From: Nemertoderma westbladi
Taxonomy: Eukaryota > Animalia > Xenacoelomorpha
Assembly: GCA_032718475.1 (NCBI GenBank)
Contig: JAUCBJ010006975.1
Span: 1-64,000 of the forward strand
Direction: 5' to 3'
Length of the DNA: 64,000 nt
Shown: piece after piece, positions 23,486-36,145 of the stretch
Layout: every line of letters begins with the position of its first letter
Numbering within the stretch: position 1 is the first letter of the stretch
The notes under the pieces: generated by a model
Database searches by the model: none
What the model was told of the DNA's origin: nothing
What the model saw: only the letters and a program-made list of their open reading frames with translations
Program-made: the position numbers and the translations under genes

Positions 23486-23985
23486 AGAGTTGGTCTTTTT
23501 GTTTAGCTCCAAGAAGACCAAAATCTTAACAGTTAACTTTGAAAGTCCTCAGTCGGAAACTCAAGGTCCGATTATTTAGAGCAGCAGTAGTTAAGTACTC
23601 TTCTATGGGAGTCCATGCTGGGCTCTAACTGCTGAGGACACCAAATCTCTGGATGGCACATTCACAAGAATGCTACGCCAGGTTCATTGTGTCAAGTACA
23701 ATGCACACATCTCCAATCAGAAACTATAGAACATTGGAAGTGTCTCATTGGTTCCCTCAAGCTTGACACTAGAACAAAGTCGCCTCCGCTTTGCAGGACA
23801 TTGCTTTCGCGGTGAGGTTTAGCCTGTGCACAATCTTGTGCTTTAGCAGACCCATGGATTAAGTACGGATGGTGGATATCCCATGACTTTCTTGAGACGC
23901 ATCTTACAGGACACTGGCCTTGAAGATGCGGCTCGCGAAAGTCATGGGGGATAGGGAGTTGTGGCGGTGCAACTTTGTTGATACC
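23486..23985 (+). mobile_element. 3' fragment of the same RTE-like LINE family
   Basis: Reverse-complement match to 14250-14490 and 14665-14730. It retains a segment that is deleted in the 14-16 kb copy. Confidence 0.8.
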
Positions 23986-24364
23986 CAACTTCGTGGGGAG
24001 CTGTGTCGGTGACGCTGTGGCCACCTGATTGGAAGTGTTACGCGATCTATTATCATTGCTGAAACCTGATACTGTTTTTAATGAAATCTGATACTGTTAT
24101 TGCTGTGTTGAATTTGAGGATTTTTATACGGATAAAAAATATGGACCACATGCACTTATTTTCAACAAAATGAATTTCTTGTTCCTCGGAAATATATTGC
24201 TCATTATTCTATATATTCTATAATCTATATACATCGTGACCCGTAATAAAGTGTCATTTTCTGATGACACTATACCCCAATTTTTATACAGATCTTTATC
24301 ATATTGCTTGAACTTTGAAACACAACTAGTTCAACTCACCGTGGTTGTTACCATGAAGCTGGAA

Positions 24365-24979
24365 TATTCTATTTTGCCTTTAAATTTTTTTATAAGCGTT
24401 TTAAAAAGTGTATTTTGCGAAATCGCACCATCCGTTTCATTGCCATTCTCCACATTAGTCGTAATTTATTTATTAGTTACCTGTGCTTTCGTTACAAGGA
24501 TTCCAAATATGTAACAATATCTGAATTTCGTTGTGAAACAGCTGAGATATAGGCGTTCAAATATTGTAAGAATTATTGTTCACTGCAGGCCATTTATTAT
24601 ATTTAATAAATACACAATGTTCTGGAACAATTTGTTTATGTATGATTAGCTACGCAATATAGATATTGTATAGGCATACCGCTGTTGCCTACCAACTCAT
24701 AAAATAAATAACACAATAATTTTGTATATTTATTAAATAGAATAAATGGCGAACAATAATAATTCTTGTAAAATTCAGATATTGTTACATATTTGGAATC
24801 CTTGTAACGAAAGCTTTCTAATGATATCTATAAAGCGAGGTTTGTGAAGAATGGCGATGATAGGAGATGTGCAATCTCGCAAAAGACACTTTTTTAAAAC
24901 GCTTATAAAAAAAATGTAAAGGCAAAATCGAAAAAAGAAAAAAAAAAGAAATAGACACTATATTACGGTTCATGGTGTA
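24365..24979. mobile_element. Diverged palindromic MITE related to the 3057-3689 family
   Basis: Inverted blocks 24485-24528 and 24771-24814 (gctttcgttacaaggattccaaatatgtaacaatatctgaattt); right end GACACTATATT..CATGGTGTA. Confidence 0.6.
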
Positions 24980-25815
24980 TAAAAGGATATTGTCGTTATA
25001 GGCCTATTTGAACTCAGTTTGTGAAATTATGATTTTTGATATATAATAACTTGAAAATAATAAAAATTTACGTCCAACCAATACATGACATTGCGAGAAA
25101 TAGGGTAACAGACACGGGAGTCATTCAGGGAAATATCATGGGCAACAACTGTAGACCGCCAAACTGCAATCGGTTACACAAGTATGAAGAAAATCGATGG
25201 TTAAATTCATAAATAAACGAACCAGAAGCTATAATTAATTAATGTCTATGGTTTTATATTTTTGCATGAAGTACTTGGCACCAAAATAAAATGGTCCTAT
25301 ACATATTACATATTAACAGAAGCGCACTAAGTAACCAATACGATTATCAAAGACTATACCAATAAAATAGAAATCGACGTTTTCTTAATTAAACCTAGTC
25401 TTAATTAGACCAAAGATAGATAAATACAAGATAAATAGAACAGTCCAAATCCCAAGGACAACATCACTCTACCAATCGTAAAAACTATCTGTATTTTGGG
25501 GTTTCACCTATTTATGTATATTATTGCTGTGCGGTGGGGGGAATACAGCAACATTCATCTAATATATAGTTGGTGAACCAAAAAGCTGTTGATTGGAATT
25601 AAAAGCAACGATAGAGGCAGTTAGTGAGAGATGTTGACCTTTAGATTTGAAACTTTCGATTTGATTAATGGCCATTATGATTACCAAGACGGCAGAATAT
25701 TTATGCGATAACATCACCGACAAACATCCCAAACAGGTATGGAACTATGGTTATTGAAGACTGTTTGTAATTGATGAGACTATAGAATATGTTTAACCGG
25801 AATCCTGTTACAGAC

Positions 25816-26031
25816 GGGTAGGTGTAAAACGCGGATCCGGATTCCAAAATTTCAATTTAGGGAAAGGAGCAGGTTACAGTAGCACGTTATTTTAACCAAA
25901 ACAATAAACTAAAGTCAATAGAACAAACAGGTTATAGTTTTATTTTTGGGAGTTATAAAAATGTAAAAAAAATCGACTTCCGTAGGGACAATGTTAAATG
26001 TAGAATCCGGATCCGCGTTTTACTCTAACCC
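25816..26031. mobile_element. MITE, MULE-like (9-bp TSD)
   Basis: TIR GGGT....GTAAAACGCGGATCCGGATTC at both ends; flanks GTTACAGAC / GTAACAGAC. Confidence 0.7.
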
Positions 26032-26279
26032 GTAACAGACCTACAATGCTCCAAAGATTACATTAATGTAATATAACTTTACCTTTACACATGTAATTGT
26101 ATTTCACAGTGTGATGATCCGAATGGTTTATTACACAAACAAACGTAGTGAGTGAATGCAAACAAAACCACGAGGATTATTTGCAACAAGTACAGTATGT
26201 AAATACAGTATATTATGTAGTTTTATTGTATAATATTGCAACATTACGACAAATCTTCCAAAGATAATTGCATATGAAC

Positions 26280-26621
26280 TAGAGTTTAAACAGGATCAGA
26301 CTTTTAGGGATTTCCGGGACCGGGATTATCACTCTCGGGATCCCGATTTTCGGGACCGGGATTGAAATTTTCGATTAAATTCCTCAAAGTTATTAGTATA
26401 TGTGGCGGGTTTTGGGTAACACACACGTTATCTTACACTTCATTACCGGATGGTTTACTGACATATTAATTCGATATTATCAAAACATTTCCGTTCTGCT
26501 GGAACTATTTTCAGATATTCAACAAATTTACTTCACTATTTATACTTCGGGATCCCGGTACAAAAAAAATCGGGATCGGGACCGGGATTGCATTTTTCGC
26601 CGGGATCCCGTTTAAACACTA
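26280..26621. mobile_element. hAT-type MITE
   Basis: TIR TAG(A/T)GTTTAAAC(A/G)GGATC, subterminal CGGGA(T/C)C repeats, and an 8-bp TSD ATATGAAC at 26272-26279 and 26622-26629. Confidence 0.85.
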
Positions 26622-29183
26622 ATATGAACCATTTATTAAATTAGGAATAAATTAATAATTGACGATATTATCTAGGTAGTAGTATGATACACTACATTAC
26701 TATCTTAGTTAATCTTACTACAGCTATAATGTGCTAAGTAAACAACTCGTTGATAATACTAAACTGCGATAAGTATAATATAATGTTTAAATTTTGGAAT
26801 AAAATATATAAGCTATTACTGCAAGTAAACAATACAGAATATAATAATACACCATATTATATACCTAAAATGGATTTTACCTATAGGATAAGTACCACGA
26901 ATGCCATTATACTGCAAATTTATGGATAAAAACTGCAAAGAAATTCTATATTCTGGACTATTAAATGTAATCTTTGCTTTAAAAAGTATCTTGAAAATGT
27001 AAAATAGATAAAAAAAGTAGTTTTAAAATAGTTTCCGCCATCGTACCGGTATATATATATATATATCGTTCAGCGGAGTGCCGCATAGATAACGTCAAAC
27101 TACTTCATTTACTGCCAAGGAAATCTAAAAACGATGGCCGCCGGATCATTTCGACAAAATAAACTTACAATAATTACGCTGACAATTAGATCACATGATT
27201 TAGTGAGCGAATAACCAATACAATAGTATAAATTCAATATAGATAAACCAACTGCCGCAGCAGTCGACATGTAGTGATATCATAAACAAATAAACACGAC
27301 CATTAATACACAAAAAATTACCCATTTACTGTAAGCTCTACTAATAAATATATATATAGTTAAGGTAAACAATAATTATTATAAAATCTTTATTATAATC
27401 AAGCAACGTAGCACTGCACCAAAAACAACTACAGGACATCAAATCATGGCCGCAAATATGCCAAACGAACTTAGACAGACAGACATCTAGTTATAAAGGT
27501 TGAAAAATCTGTTGTGAAACATTCTTAATGTTGGAAGGAATTGTTGATAACATTTTAACAAAGTTTCACAACCCAACGACTTATTTAGGTCTCGTTGGGA
27601 AGCTGATATAAATATAGAAATGTTTTAATTATAATTGGACGATATAAAGGCAAGCGACTGACTAAACATGATATAAATATAAACATACTGCAGAAAAAAA
27701 CATATCTGCTGAACGGGATGGACTGGGTCGTGTTTGGCCAAGGAATTCAGTCACTCACTCTATCCTATTATAACTGAATTACTGTAAACTACAAATGATT
27801 TTGATGTAAATGTGTTTGCAGTTAGAATCATAGAATACAACTATTGGTGTTTCTTAATTCAATTTTAATAGACGTATTTTTTTTATAAGGTCCGCCACGT
27901 TACAGGCCATTATTGTATCAACCCTAAGCAAAAAAACATGTTTATCAAACACAATACATGAAATTAATAAAACCTCATGGTTTCGTTTATTTGTCGCTGA
28001 CCTGGAAAAAATTGTCCCTCAAAAACTCCACAAACTCGATACCAAACTTACTTTTACACAGTTAGTTACAGAAGATAAATCATTAACTCATCATTCCAAT
28101 CTACACAATTTCACACCATCTCAGCTTTCCAGACGAGACACCGTCGTGTTGCAACGATTATTGTACGAAATTTATTAACAATTCCAACAATGTTTACAAA
28201 TTGTATGAACCACCAATATACAGAGTATACAATTTCGCGATGTAAGTCCAAATCTTGACTACCGGTATTTAACCTTTTGCTTAGATGACAGATACACGCA
28301 ATTTACATAATGATAATTCTAAACTTGTCTGTTTATAAAAAGTGTTTACAGTAAGTACAAATAATACAGAGGTTAATAATTCCCTACAATATTTCTTAAA
28401 AATACCATGATTTAGTGGGTTTTACATCCATTTTAGCCCACCCAACCAAGTTTTATCAATTAATTATAATTACTCAAATAATTATAAAGAAAGACTCTAC
28501 CCACCCATGGACGGACAATGTACTGTACTATCCCGAACCAACACTGAAACTTAAAAAACAGATACCACTAAGCGATTAACAAGGTAAAATTAATAAAGTA
28601 CATTATTTTTGCTTATTATAAAAAAAGTAATTACTGCCATAGTGCGAAGGTAAATACACCTCTTATTATTGTAAAAGGACAAAAATACATTTAAAATATT
28701 ACATAGCTAACGTACAAACAAAACACACACCGTTCGCGGGGCCACAGTTGGTGTTACTAAAACCGAAATCTAGGTGGTGAGAAGAATTTACTAAAGGTGC
28801 GGTGTACAGAGTGCGAATAACCCGACCGGCACATGACAAACATGAAAAATTGCACGACCAACACTGAAAATATGTATTTTTTAAAGACTAAAATCCGATT
28901 ACAACATTCCGAATATATATCGAGTATGTAAACCCACTAGGTCGACGCCTCTAAAGTATATATTATATGCATTTTTATTATTTATACATATAATATATTA
29001 AACAGAACAATTCAGATCATAGATAAGCTTAGCTAAACTATAAATAGTGCCGTCTACACAACAAAAAATTCACATGATTTTGGGGAAACAGCGAATGATA
29101 CTTTCACAGACACAATTCCATCTATATATATATATAATATATATATGTATAAAGCAAATATAATATATACCAGGACTACAAAG

Positions 29184-31388
29184 TTAGCAGGTGAGTCCCG
29201 GCGGCTCAGTATCGGCGCTCACCCAGTTGGGGTTCGTGTAAGAGAACCCCTCGAACTCGTTCTGCCCGAGGGTTTTAATGACCATGTAATCCACGGGAGT
29301 GAGATACGGCTCCTCCCGCGTGAAGTCGGAGTCAAAGTTATTCACGTCGCGTTTGGCGCGGATCTTCGGTTTGAAAGGGGTTTTCAGTTTCTTCGCCTCC
29401 AGATCGTCCCAACCGATCTCCCGGAAGAAGGGATGCGCCCGGATGGCCATCTCCCCGCCCTGCGCGGTCACACAACCCAGCCGCTTCGAGGGGTTCTTCG
29501 TCATGAAGGCCTTGAGGATCAAGACGGCCTCTTTGCTGAGCCACACGGGGAACAGGACCTCGTCGTGAAGGATGGAGTCGAATAGGTCGTCTTCGTTGTC
29601 GGCCTCGAACGGCGGCTGGCCTGCCATCATCTCGTACATGAGGACGCCGAGCGCCCACCAGTCCACCGAGACGCCGTAGTCCAACTCCTGTAGGATCTCC
29701 GGGGCGATGTAATCCGGTGTGCCGCAGAACGTCGTCGTCAACTTGTCCCCCAGGATTCCCTCCTTGCACATCCCGAAGTCGGCCAGCTTGCAGTGGCCCT
29801 CGCTGTCCAACAGGATGTTATCCAACTTGAGGTCGCGGTAGATGACGCCGTGACGGTGCAGGAACATCAACGCGCAGGTCACCTCGGCCGCGTAGAACTT
29901 GGCGCGGTTCTCGTCGAACTTTCGCGCGCGTTGGATCTGGAACATGAGGTCGCCGCCGTTCACGTACTCCATGACGAAAAAGAGACGGTCCTTCGTCTGG
30001 AAGCAACAGTAGAGCGCGGTAAGGAAGGGATGCTGAGAGCTGAGCGCGAGGACTCGCTTCTCCGTCATGGTGCAATCAACATCGTCGTCCTGTATGATAA
30101 CGTCCTTCTTCAAGATCTTAACAGCGAACACGTCGTCGCTCCCTTTGAGCTCGGCCAACATGACCTTGCCGAAGCTGCCTTTACCTAAAACCTTAATAAA
30201 CTTGAAGTCGTCCATGGATAATTTTCCGGGACTGGTTTCTAGAATGCCCTCCTCTGGGATGCTCGTCGAGAAGCTAGCCACGGCCGGTTCTTTGCTCGGG
30301 GAGCCGCTCTTATCCCCGAATATGGGGGTGGAGTGGCTCCTCTCCGTGATGTGTTTCCCCGGGCTCTCCTGGGCGTGGCTCAGCGCGCTCTTCTTCTTCT
30401 TCTTGCTCAGCATGTCGCCGGAGAGACCGAGATCGGCGAGGATACCCGCCATCTCATTGGGGTTGATCCCGCAGTTGGGCGCCACGTTGCGCTCGCACCG
30501 CTTGTGCACGTTGATCTTGCACGAGTGGCACTGCAGACCCTGCTTCATCACGCCCCACAGCAGACTCCCGCAGTGGTCGCAGAAGGTGAAACGCTTGTAG
30601 TTGTGGGCGTTGAACTTGTGGGGCACGTTGATGGAGAACCGAGCCCCCGAAGGCCCCAACTCGGCCTGAAGCCCTTCCGCGGTTTGCAGCTGCTGCTTGC
30701 TGCCCTCTTGCACGCCCGGGCACTTTGTCACCACGAAAACGTGGCAGCGTTTGTGGACCACGCATGTGCACACCTGGCATTGGTAACCCTGTTTACCGAC
30801 TAGGCCCCAGATGAAGGTTTTGCAGTGGCTGCAGTAGGTCGGCTGACGAAGGAACGTCGCCATGAACTTATGTCCGTTGATCTGGTGGACTTTGCGACGC
30901 ATTGCGCCCCGTCGCCCGCGGTTCATCGCGCCTTCGTGAGCTTGAAACTCGCGGGTCTTGGGCGCGTCCTTGGAGACGGTCCCGTTCAGGTCGAACACGC
31001 AACGGATCTTCCCCTGCGGCTCGAGATCCACCCAGAGATCCGCCGTCTTACCACCCTGCCGCGATGCGCAATCCAACACCTCGTCGAACGGCAGTATGCA
31101 GTTCGCTACAAACATATCCGGGGGCAGGGCGCTCTCGTGGAATATCGTTATCCCGATGTTTTGACCGCAGTTGACATCGGTCACAAAGTCCTCGTTCCAT
31201 GTGGGTGTGTGGGTTTTCTGTTTGACCGATGTTCTACCGATGTGGAACTGGTCTACGCTTATGCTCACATAGGGGTCTAACATCTTCTGTTTATCGCCAA
31301 TTATTTGGTGTCTAGTCGCGCAACTAGTGGGTCTAAGGTCATTCGCCTCGCTGACCTTTACCTTTAGCGTGCCCGTGAAGACAACCAT
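29184..31388 (-). CDS. PRKCE: Novel-type protein kinase C (epsilon/eta-like), 734 aa, no intron in the coding region
   Basis: Starts [12 protein letters not shown] (N-terminal C2 domain). Pseudosubstrate [11 protein letters not shown]1a/C1b ([17 protein letters not shown]; [17 protein letters not shown]), kinase motifs [29 protein letters not shown], and hydrophobic motif FEGFSY. The ORF-track start at 31421 is a TTG; the first ATG is at 31388. Confidence 0.93.
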   Translation of the reverse strand: MVVFTGTLKVKVSEANDLRPTSCATRHQIIGDKQKMLDPYVSISVDQFHIGRTSVKQKTHTPTWNEDFVTDVNCGQNIGITIFHESALPPDMFVANCILPFDEVLDCASRQGGKTADLWVDLEPQGKIRCVFDLNGTVSKDAPKTREFQAHEGAMNRGRRGAMRRKVHQINGHKFMATFLRQPTYCSHCKTFIWGLVGKQGYQCQVCTCVVHKRCHVFVVTKCPGVQEGSKQQLQTAEGLQAELGPSGARFSINVPHKFNAHNYKRFTFCDHCGSLLWGVMKQGLQCHSCKINVHKRCERNVAPNCGINPNEMAGILADLGLSGDMLSKKKKKSALSHAQESPGKHITERSHSTPIFGDKSGSPSKEPAVASFSTSIPEEGILETSPGKLSMDDFKFIKVLGKGSFGKVMLAELKGSDDVFAVKILKKDVIIQDDDVDCTMTEKRVLALSSQHPFLTALYCCFQTKDRLFFVMEYVNGGDLMFQIQRARKFDENRAKFYAAEVTCALMFLHRHGVIYRDLKLDNILLDSEGHCKLADFGMCKEGILGDKLTTTFCGTPDYIAPEILQELDYGVSVDWWALGVLMYEMMAGQPPFEADNEDDLFDSILHDEVLFPVWLSKEAVLILKAFMTKNPSKRLGCVTAQGGEMAIRAHPFFREIGWDDLEAKKLKTPFKPKIRAKRDVNNFDSDFTREEPYLTPVDYMVIKTLGQNEFEGFSYTNPNWVSADTEPPGLTC

Positions 31389-31736
31389 TTTCTCCGACTC
31401 CGGCGGTGCCAGGATTAACAAATATTTTTGCCTCGGTGGCAGAAAAGGGCAATAATATTTGGCACAGTGATCACAAACTCAACTAGTATATGGCACCAGT
31501 ATGTAAAGCGTATGTATTTGAACCCAACTAGCAAATAATAGGCTATACAATCCTGCAATCAAATAGTTTCTGCGAGAATTGAATAGGAATTCGTTAGTGG
31601 CAAACAGTCATCATCAATAGTAACGGTATCTTTCAAAAAGTAATTACATTACATCATCAGTTTTTATTTATGAAAATACCGGTAGAAGCAGAGTACCGGT
31701 ACAGTAGTGGCAGAGTGGTGGGAAGCAGACACTTAC

Positions 31737-32000
31737 CTGCTTACTGATGAGGGATGACTGCCTATATCAGTAAATGGCCTAACTACCAGGTAGAGGCCTA
31801 CTGAACATTGAAATTACAGTTTCATGTTGAACTTTACTGGAATATCCCAATTGGTGGTCTGGCCAGTATTATATTGAGAGTTCTGAAAGTGTCAAAATAA
31901 AGTGTCATCATGTCTGCACGGTACCTACTTCACATAGCGCGCCATTTGGTTTGGTGGTCTCCAGTGAATGTTTGCAAATTGGTTTACTACGGAAGATCCG
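31737..32000 (-). promoter_or_regulatory. Putative non-coding first exon / promoter of the PKC gene (second copy at ~33545-33810)
   Basis: Consensus donor CAG|GTAAGT on the minus strand at 31739-31731; candidate acceptors at 31631-31630 or ~31554; YY1-like AAATGGCG at ~31940-31948. Confidence 0.4.
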
Positions 32001-32167
32001 CAGTGGGCACACCTGGGCGGGTGTGGGGGCTCTTTCCGGTTTAAGGGGCACTGCATTTTTAACAACTGCTATTACTGTCAACTGTTATTTATTGTACCGG
32101 TTCACCAGTATTGGTGTACAGGTATATAAACACAACCTGGCAACAGCTTCCAACAGTCCATTAGATG

Positions 32168-32947
32168 TAGGGCTCGATCGGAGCTCCGGCCTCCGGCTCC
32201 GGCAATTTTGGCACCTCCGGCTCCGGTAAAAATATTGCCGGAGTTACTTTTTTAATAAAGTATTATATTTCGTGCATATTCTAATCTGAACAATTATTTA
32301 CACTATAAGCAGATAAGTACTGCAGTAGGCCTACAGCTTCAATATCAAGCATAATACTGCAGTAGGCATATTTACTTAGTCAATGACTGACTGACTGTAC
32401 TGGTACTGGCCAGCTGGCTGACTACACTACAGGACTAGCAGATTGTTACAGATAGGCCCTACTGTAAATAATTTTTGTAAATGCCGTGATTGTACACTGT
32501 ACCACTGCAGCCATTTACTGACAGTTATGCCAGCATAATGTACTGCAGTACCGGTACTGGTACACGTACGGTACAGCGGTAGGCTACCTAGTACACACCT
32601 CTACCACAGTTAGACAGTTACCGGTAGTGAGTTAGGTACCGTACTGTAGCTAATTTTTAGCCGTCAGCGTCAGGCCGTCTGTCCGTGATAAATTAATTAC
32701 CGTACCGTACTTAAAATTTTAAATTGAAAATTCGTAAATCTATAAATTATGAAATTAATTAAACCTACAGTACAGCACTTACAGCAGTGATTGATTATGA
32801 GCGATTGGCGAACGATAACCATAGGCCTACTTTATTTTTTTAAAATAAATAATTAAATTTTTAAAATTTTTGAAAAACTCCGGCCAAATTGTCAAACTCC
32901 GGCTCCTGCTCCGGCTCCGACCAAATCCCAACTCCGATCGAGCCCTA
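32168..32947. mobile_element. hAT-type MITE, copy 1
   Basis: TIR TAGGGCTCGATCGGAG...CTCCGATCGAGCCCTA, subterminal CTCCGG repeats, 8-bp TSD ATTAGATG. Confidence 0.88.
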
Positions 32948-33975
32948 ATTAGATGTAGTCTCAGATCACACACTGAAAGACTCGTCACATGTTGGCTCCG
33001 TCCCTGTAAAATGTAAAACACTTATCTGCTTACGGTCCGACGAATCTGTACAAAATAGTACAAAGGAGTACAATAAAGTGCAAAAATAGTACAAAAGAGT
33101 GCAAAAATAGTACAAAAGAGTACAAACGAGCGAGAAACGCATACAAAACGTGTATACCAGTGTAGTCTACACTACCAGGGGTGACTACACTACACTTGTA
33201 TATATAAATATAATTAATTGTAAGCAAATGTAACGGGACCGAAATATGCGCCGCTACAGTGTCAATCACTAGCGGCCTTGGTTCTGTGGTCAGTATGAAA
33301 TGATTGACAGAACTTTGATTCATGTAGATTTTGACTGGCTTACAAGTAGAAATACCGGTAGGCTACAGTTCGTATAATACAATATAATGCAATACTATGC
33401 AGTGGATCTGTGGGTAGATAATACTCCTATAACTGAGACTCAAAATTTAGGTCATAGTTTTATTTAAAGTTTTATTTATGAAAATACCGGTAGAAGCAGA
33501 GTACCGGTACAGTAGTGGCAGAGTGGTGGGAAGCAGACACTTACCTGCTTACTGATGAGGGATGACTGCCTATATCAGTAAATGGCCTAACTACCAGGTA
33601 GAGGCCTACTGAACATTGAAATTACAGTTTCATGTTGAACTTTACTGGAATATCCCAATTGGTGGTCTGGCCAGTATTATATTGAGAGTTCTGAAAGTGT
33701 CAAAATAAAGTGTCATCATGTCTGCACGGTACCTACTTCACATAGCGCGCCATTTGGTTTGGTGGTCTCCAGTGAATGTTTGCAAATTGGTTTACTACGG
33801 AAGATCCGCAGTGGGCACACCTGGGCGGGTGTGGGGGCTCTTTCCGGTTTAAGGGGCACTGCATTTTTAACAACTGCTATTACTGTCAACTGTTATTTAT
33901 TGTACCGGTTCACCAGTATTGGTGTACAGGTATATAAACACAACCTGGCAACAGCTTCCAACAGTCCATTAGATG

Positions 33976-34755
33976 TAGGGCTCAATCGGAGCTCCGGCCT
34001 CCGGCTCCGGCAATTTTGGCACCTCCGGCTCCGGTAAAAATATTGCCGGAGTTACTTTTTTAATAAAGTATTATATTTCGTGCATATTCTAATCTGAACA
34101 ATTATTTACACTATAAGCAGATAAGTACTGCAGTAGGCCTACAGCTTCAATATCAAGCATAATACTGCAGTAGGCATATTTACTTAGTCAATGACTGACT
34201 GACTGTACTGGTACTGGCCAGCTGGCTGACTACACTACAGGACTAGCAGATTGTTACAGATAGGCCCTACTGTAAATAATTTTTGTAAATGCCGTGATTG
34301 TACACTGTACCACTGCAGCCATTTACTGACAGTTATGCCAGCATAATGTACTGCAGTACCGGTACTGGTACACGTACGGTACAGCGGTAGGCTACCTAGT
34401 ACACACCTCTACCACAGTTAGACAGTTACCGGTAGTGAGTTAGGTACCGTACTGTAGCTAATTTTTAGCCGTCAGCGTCAGGCCGTCTGTCCGTGATAAA
34501 TTAATTACGGTACCGTACTTAAAATTTTAAATTGAAAATTCGTAAATCTATAAATTATGAAATTAATTAAACCTACAGTACAGCACTTACAGCAGTGATT
34601 GATTATGAGCGATTGGCGAACGATAACCATAGGCCTACTTTATTTTTTTAAAATAAATAATTAAATTTTTAAAATTTTTGAAAAACTCCGGCCAAATTGT
34701 CAAACTCCGGCTCCTGCTCCGGCTCCGACCAAATCCCAACTCCGATCGAGCCCTA
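33976..34755. mobile_element. hAT-type MITE, copy 2 (carried by the tandem duplication)
   Basis: Same TIRs (one G>A change) and the same ATTAGATG TSD. Confidence 0.88.
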
Positions 34756-34842
34756 ATTAGATGTAGTCTCAGATCACACACTGAAAGACTCATGTCACAT
34801 GTTGGCTCCGTCCCTGTAAAATGTAAAACACTTATCTGCTTA

Positions 34843-35752
34843 CGGTCCGACGAATCTGTACAAAATAGTACAAAGGAGTACAATAAAGTGCAAAAATAGT
34901 ACAAAAGAGTGCAAAAATAGTACAAAAGAGTACAAACGAGCGAGAAACGCATACAAAACGTGTATACCAGTGTAGTCTACACTACCAGGGGTGACTACAC
35001 TACACTTGTATATATAAATATAATTAATTGTAAGCAAATGTAACGGGACCGAAATATGCGCCGCTACAGTGTCAATCACTAGCGGCCTTGGTTCTGTGGT
35101 CAGTATGAAATGATTGACAGAACTTTGATTCATGTAGATTTTGACTGGCTTACAAGTAGAAATACCGGTAGGCTACAGTTCGTATAATACAATATAATGC
35201 AATACTATGCAGTGGATCTGTGGGTAGATAATACTCCTATAACTGAGACTCAAAATTTAGGTCATAGTCTTAAAGTAGCCCATATACTGAAGGATAGACT
35301 GTATGCTACTGTACATTATGTAGGCTATGTATGTCTGTATGTACGCCTCTATCTGCAACTTTATTGAGTTCTCCCTCTGCAATTTTGCGGGCTTGGGACC
35401 GTTTTTTGTGTTTTTTGAACACAAAAGGCTGCATTAAAACTCATAAGATTGTATTGTAAAGGGGCCTACTCTCTGACTGCTAGACAGCTAGATCAGCCTC
35501 CGCTCAATGCATGGCTCGCCCCACAATCAGACAATGCTTTGTTTTATTTTGCACATCATGTGCGCCCCTCCAAACGATTTGAACTACACTTGGATACACG
35601 TTTTGCAAGCGTTTCTCACTAGTTTGTACTCTTTTGTACTATTTTAGCACTCTTTTGTACTATTTTTGCACTTTATTGTACTCTTTTGTACTATAGGGCC
35701 TATTGTACTATTTTGTACATTTTGTACTTTTTTGTACAAATTCATCGGACCC
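34843..35752. mobile_element. MULE-like MITE (9-bp TSD); only its left part is present in duplication copy 1 (33033-33458)
   Basis: Inverted arms GGTCCGA.GAAT.TGTACAAAA with GTACAAAA subrepeats. ATCTGCTTA at 34834-34842 and 35753-35761. Confidence 0.8.
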
Positions 35753-35904
35753 ATCTGCTTATAATATATTTATATATATATACGGCTGTACGGTATATAC
35801 CGCTTGTATTTCTGTATTTTATTAAACGCTTTTTACAATTTTTTTCATTAACATTTTTTCTACTGACTGTCTGACCATGGTTTCCCTTCCCTCAATTAGT
35901 TAGT

Positions 35905-36145
35905 GATCATTTATTGTTTTGGTTAGAAAAGCCTGCATCTGTAACCTGCTCCTTTGCCTCAATTGGTACGGTATTAAAGTGGTTGTTTATTGTTTTGCTT
36001 TGGGATTTGTTAAAGTGATCGTTAATTGTTTTGGTTAGAAAAGCCCATCTCTGCAACCTGCCCCTTTCCCACAATTGGTATAAAGTGGCCGTTTATTGTT
36101 TTGGTTAGAAAAGCCTGCCAATGTAACCTGCTCCTTTCCCTAAAA
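35905..36145. repeat. Three imperfect tandem units TTGTTTTGGTTAGAAAAGCC..AACCTGC.CCTTT; related to the interior of 25816-26031 and to 38125-38215
   Basis: Direct visual match between the units. Confidence 0.7.

Larger units (their letters stand above)
31662..35268. repeat. Recent ~1.8-kb tandem duplication (31662-33458 and 33470-35268)
   Basis: The copies are near-identical with an offset of 1808-1810. I saw only two substitutions and one 2-bp indel. Confidence 0.95.

Noticed and set aside
23486-23985. Twin-priming inversion in the LINE fragment
   Set aside because: On checking, the whole fragment is in one orientation, with an internal deletion only.
29145-31280. Plus-strand and alternative-frame ORFs over the PKC gene
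   Set aside because: A by-product of GC-rich codons having few off-frame stops.
31389-31421. N-terminal extension [11 protein letters not shown] of PKC
   Set aside because: It starts at TTG; the conserved N-terminus MVVF begins at the ATG at 31388.
31731-31760. U1 snRNA 5' end (ACTTACCTG) or hammerhead core (CTGATGAG)
   Set aside because: No downstream U1 stem-loops or Sm site, and no stem II/GAAA partner; better read as an antisense splice donor.
31951-35133. Duplicated 92-105-aa ORFs
   Set aside because: They run across MITE boundaries and recur only because of the tandem duplication.
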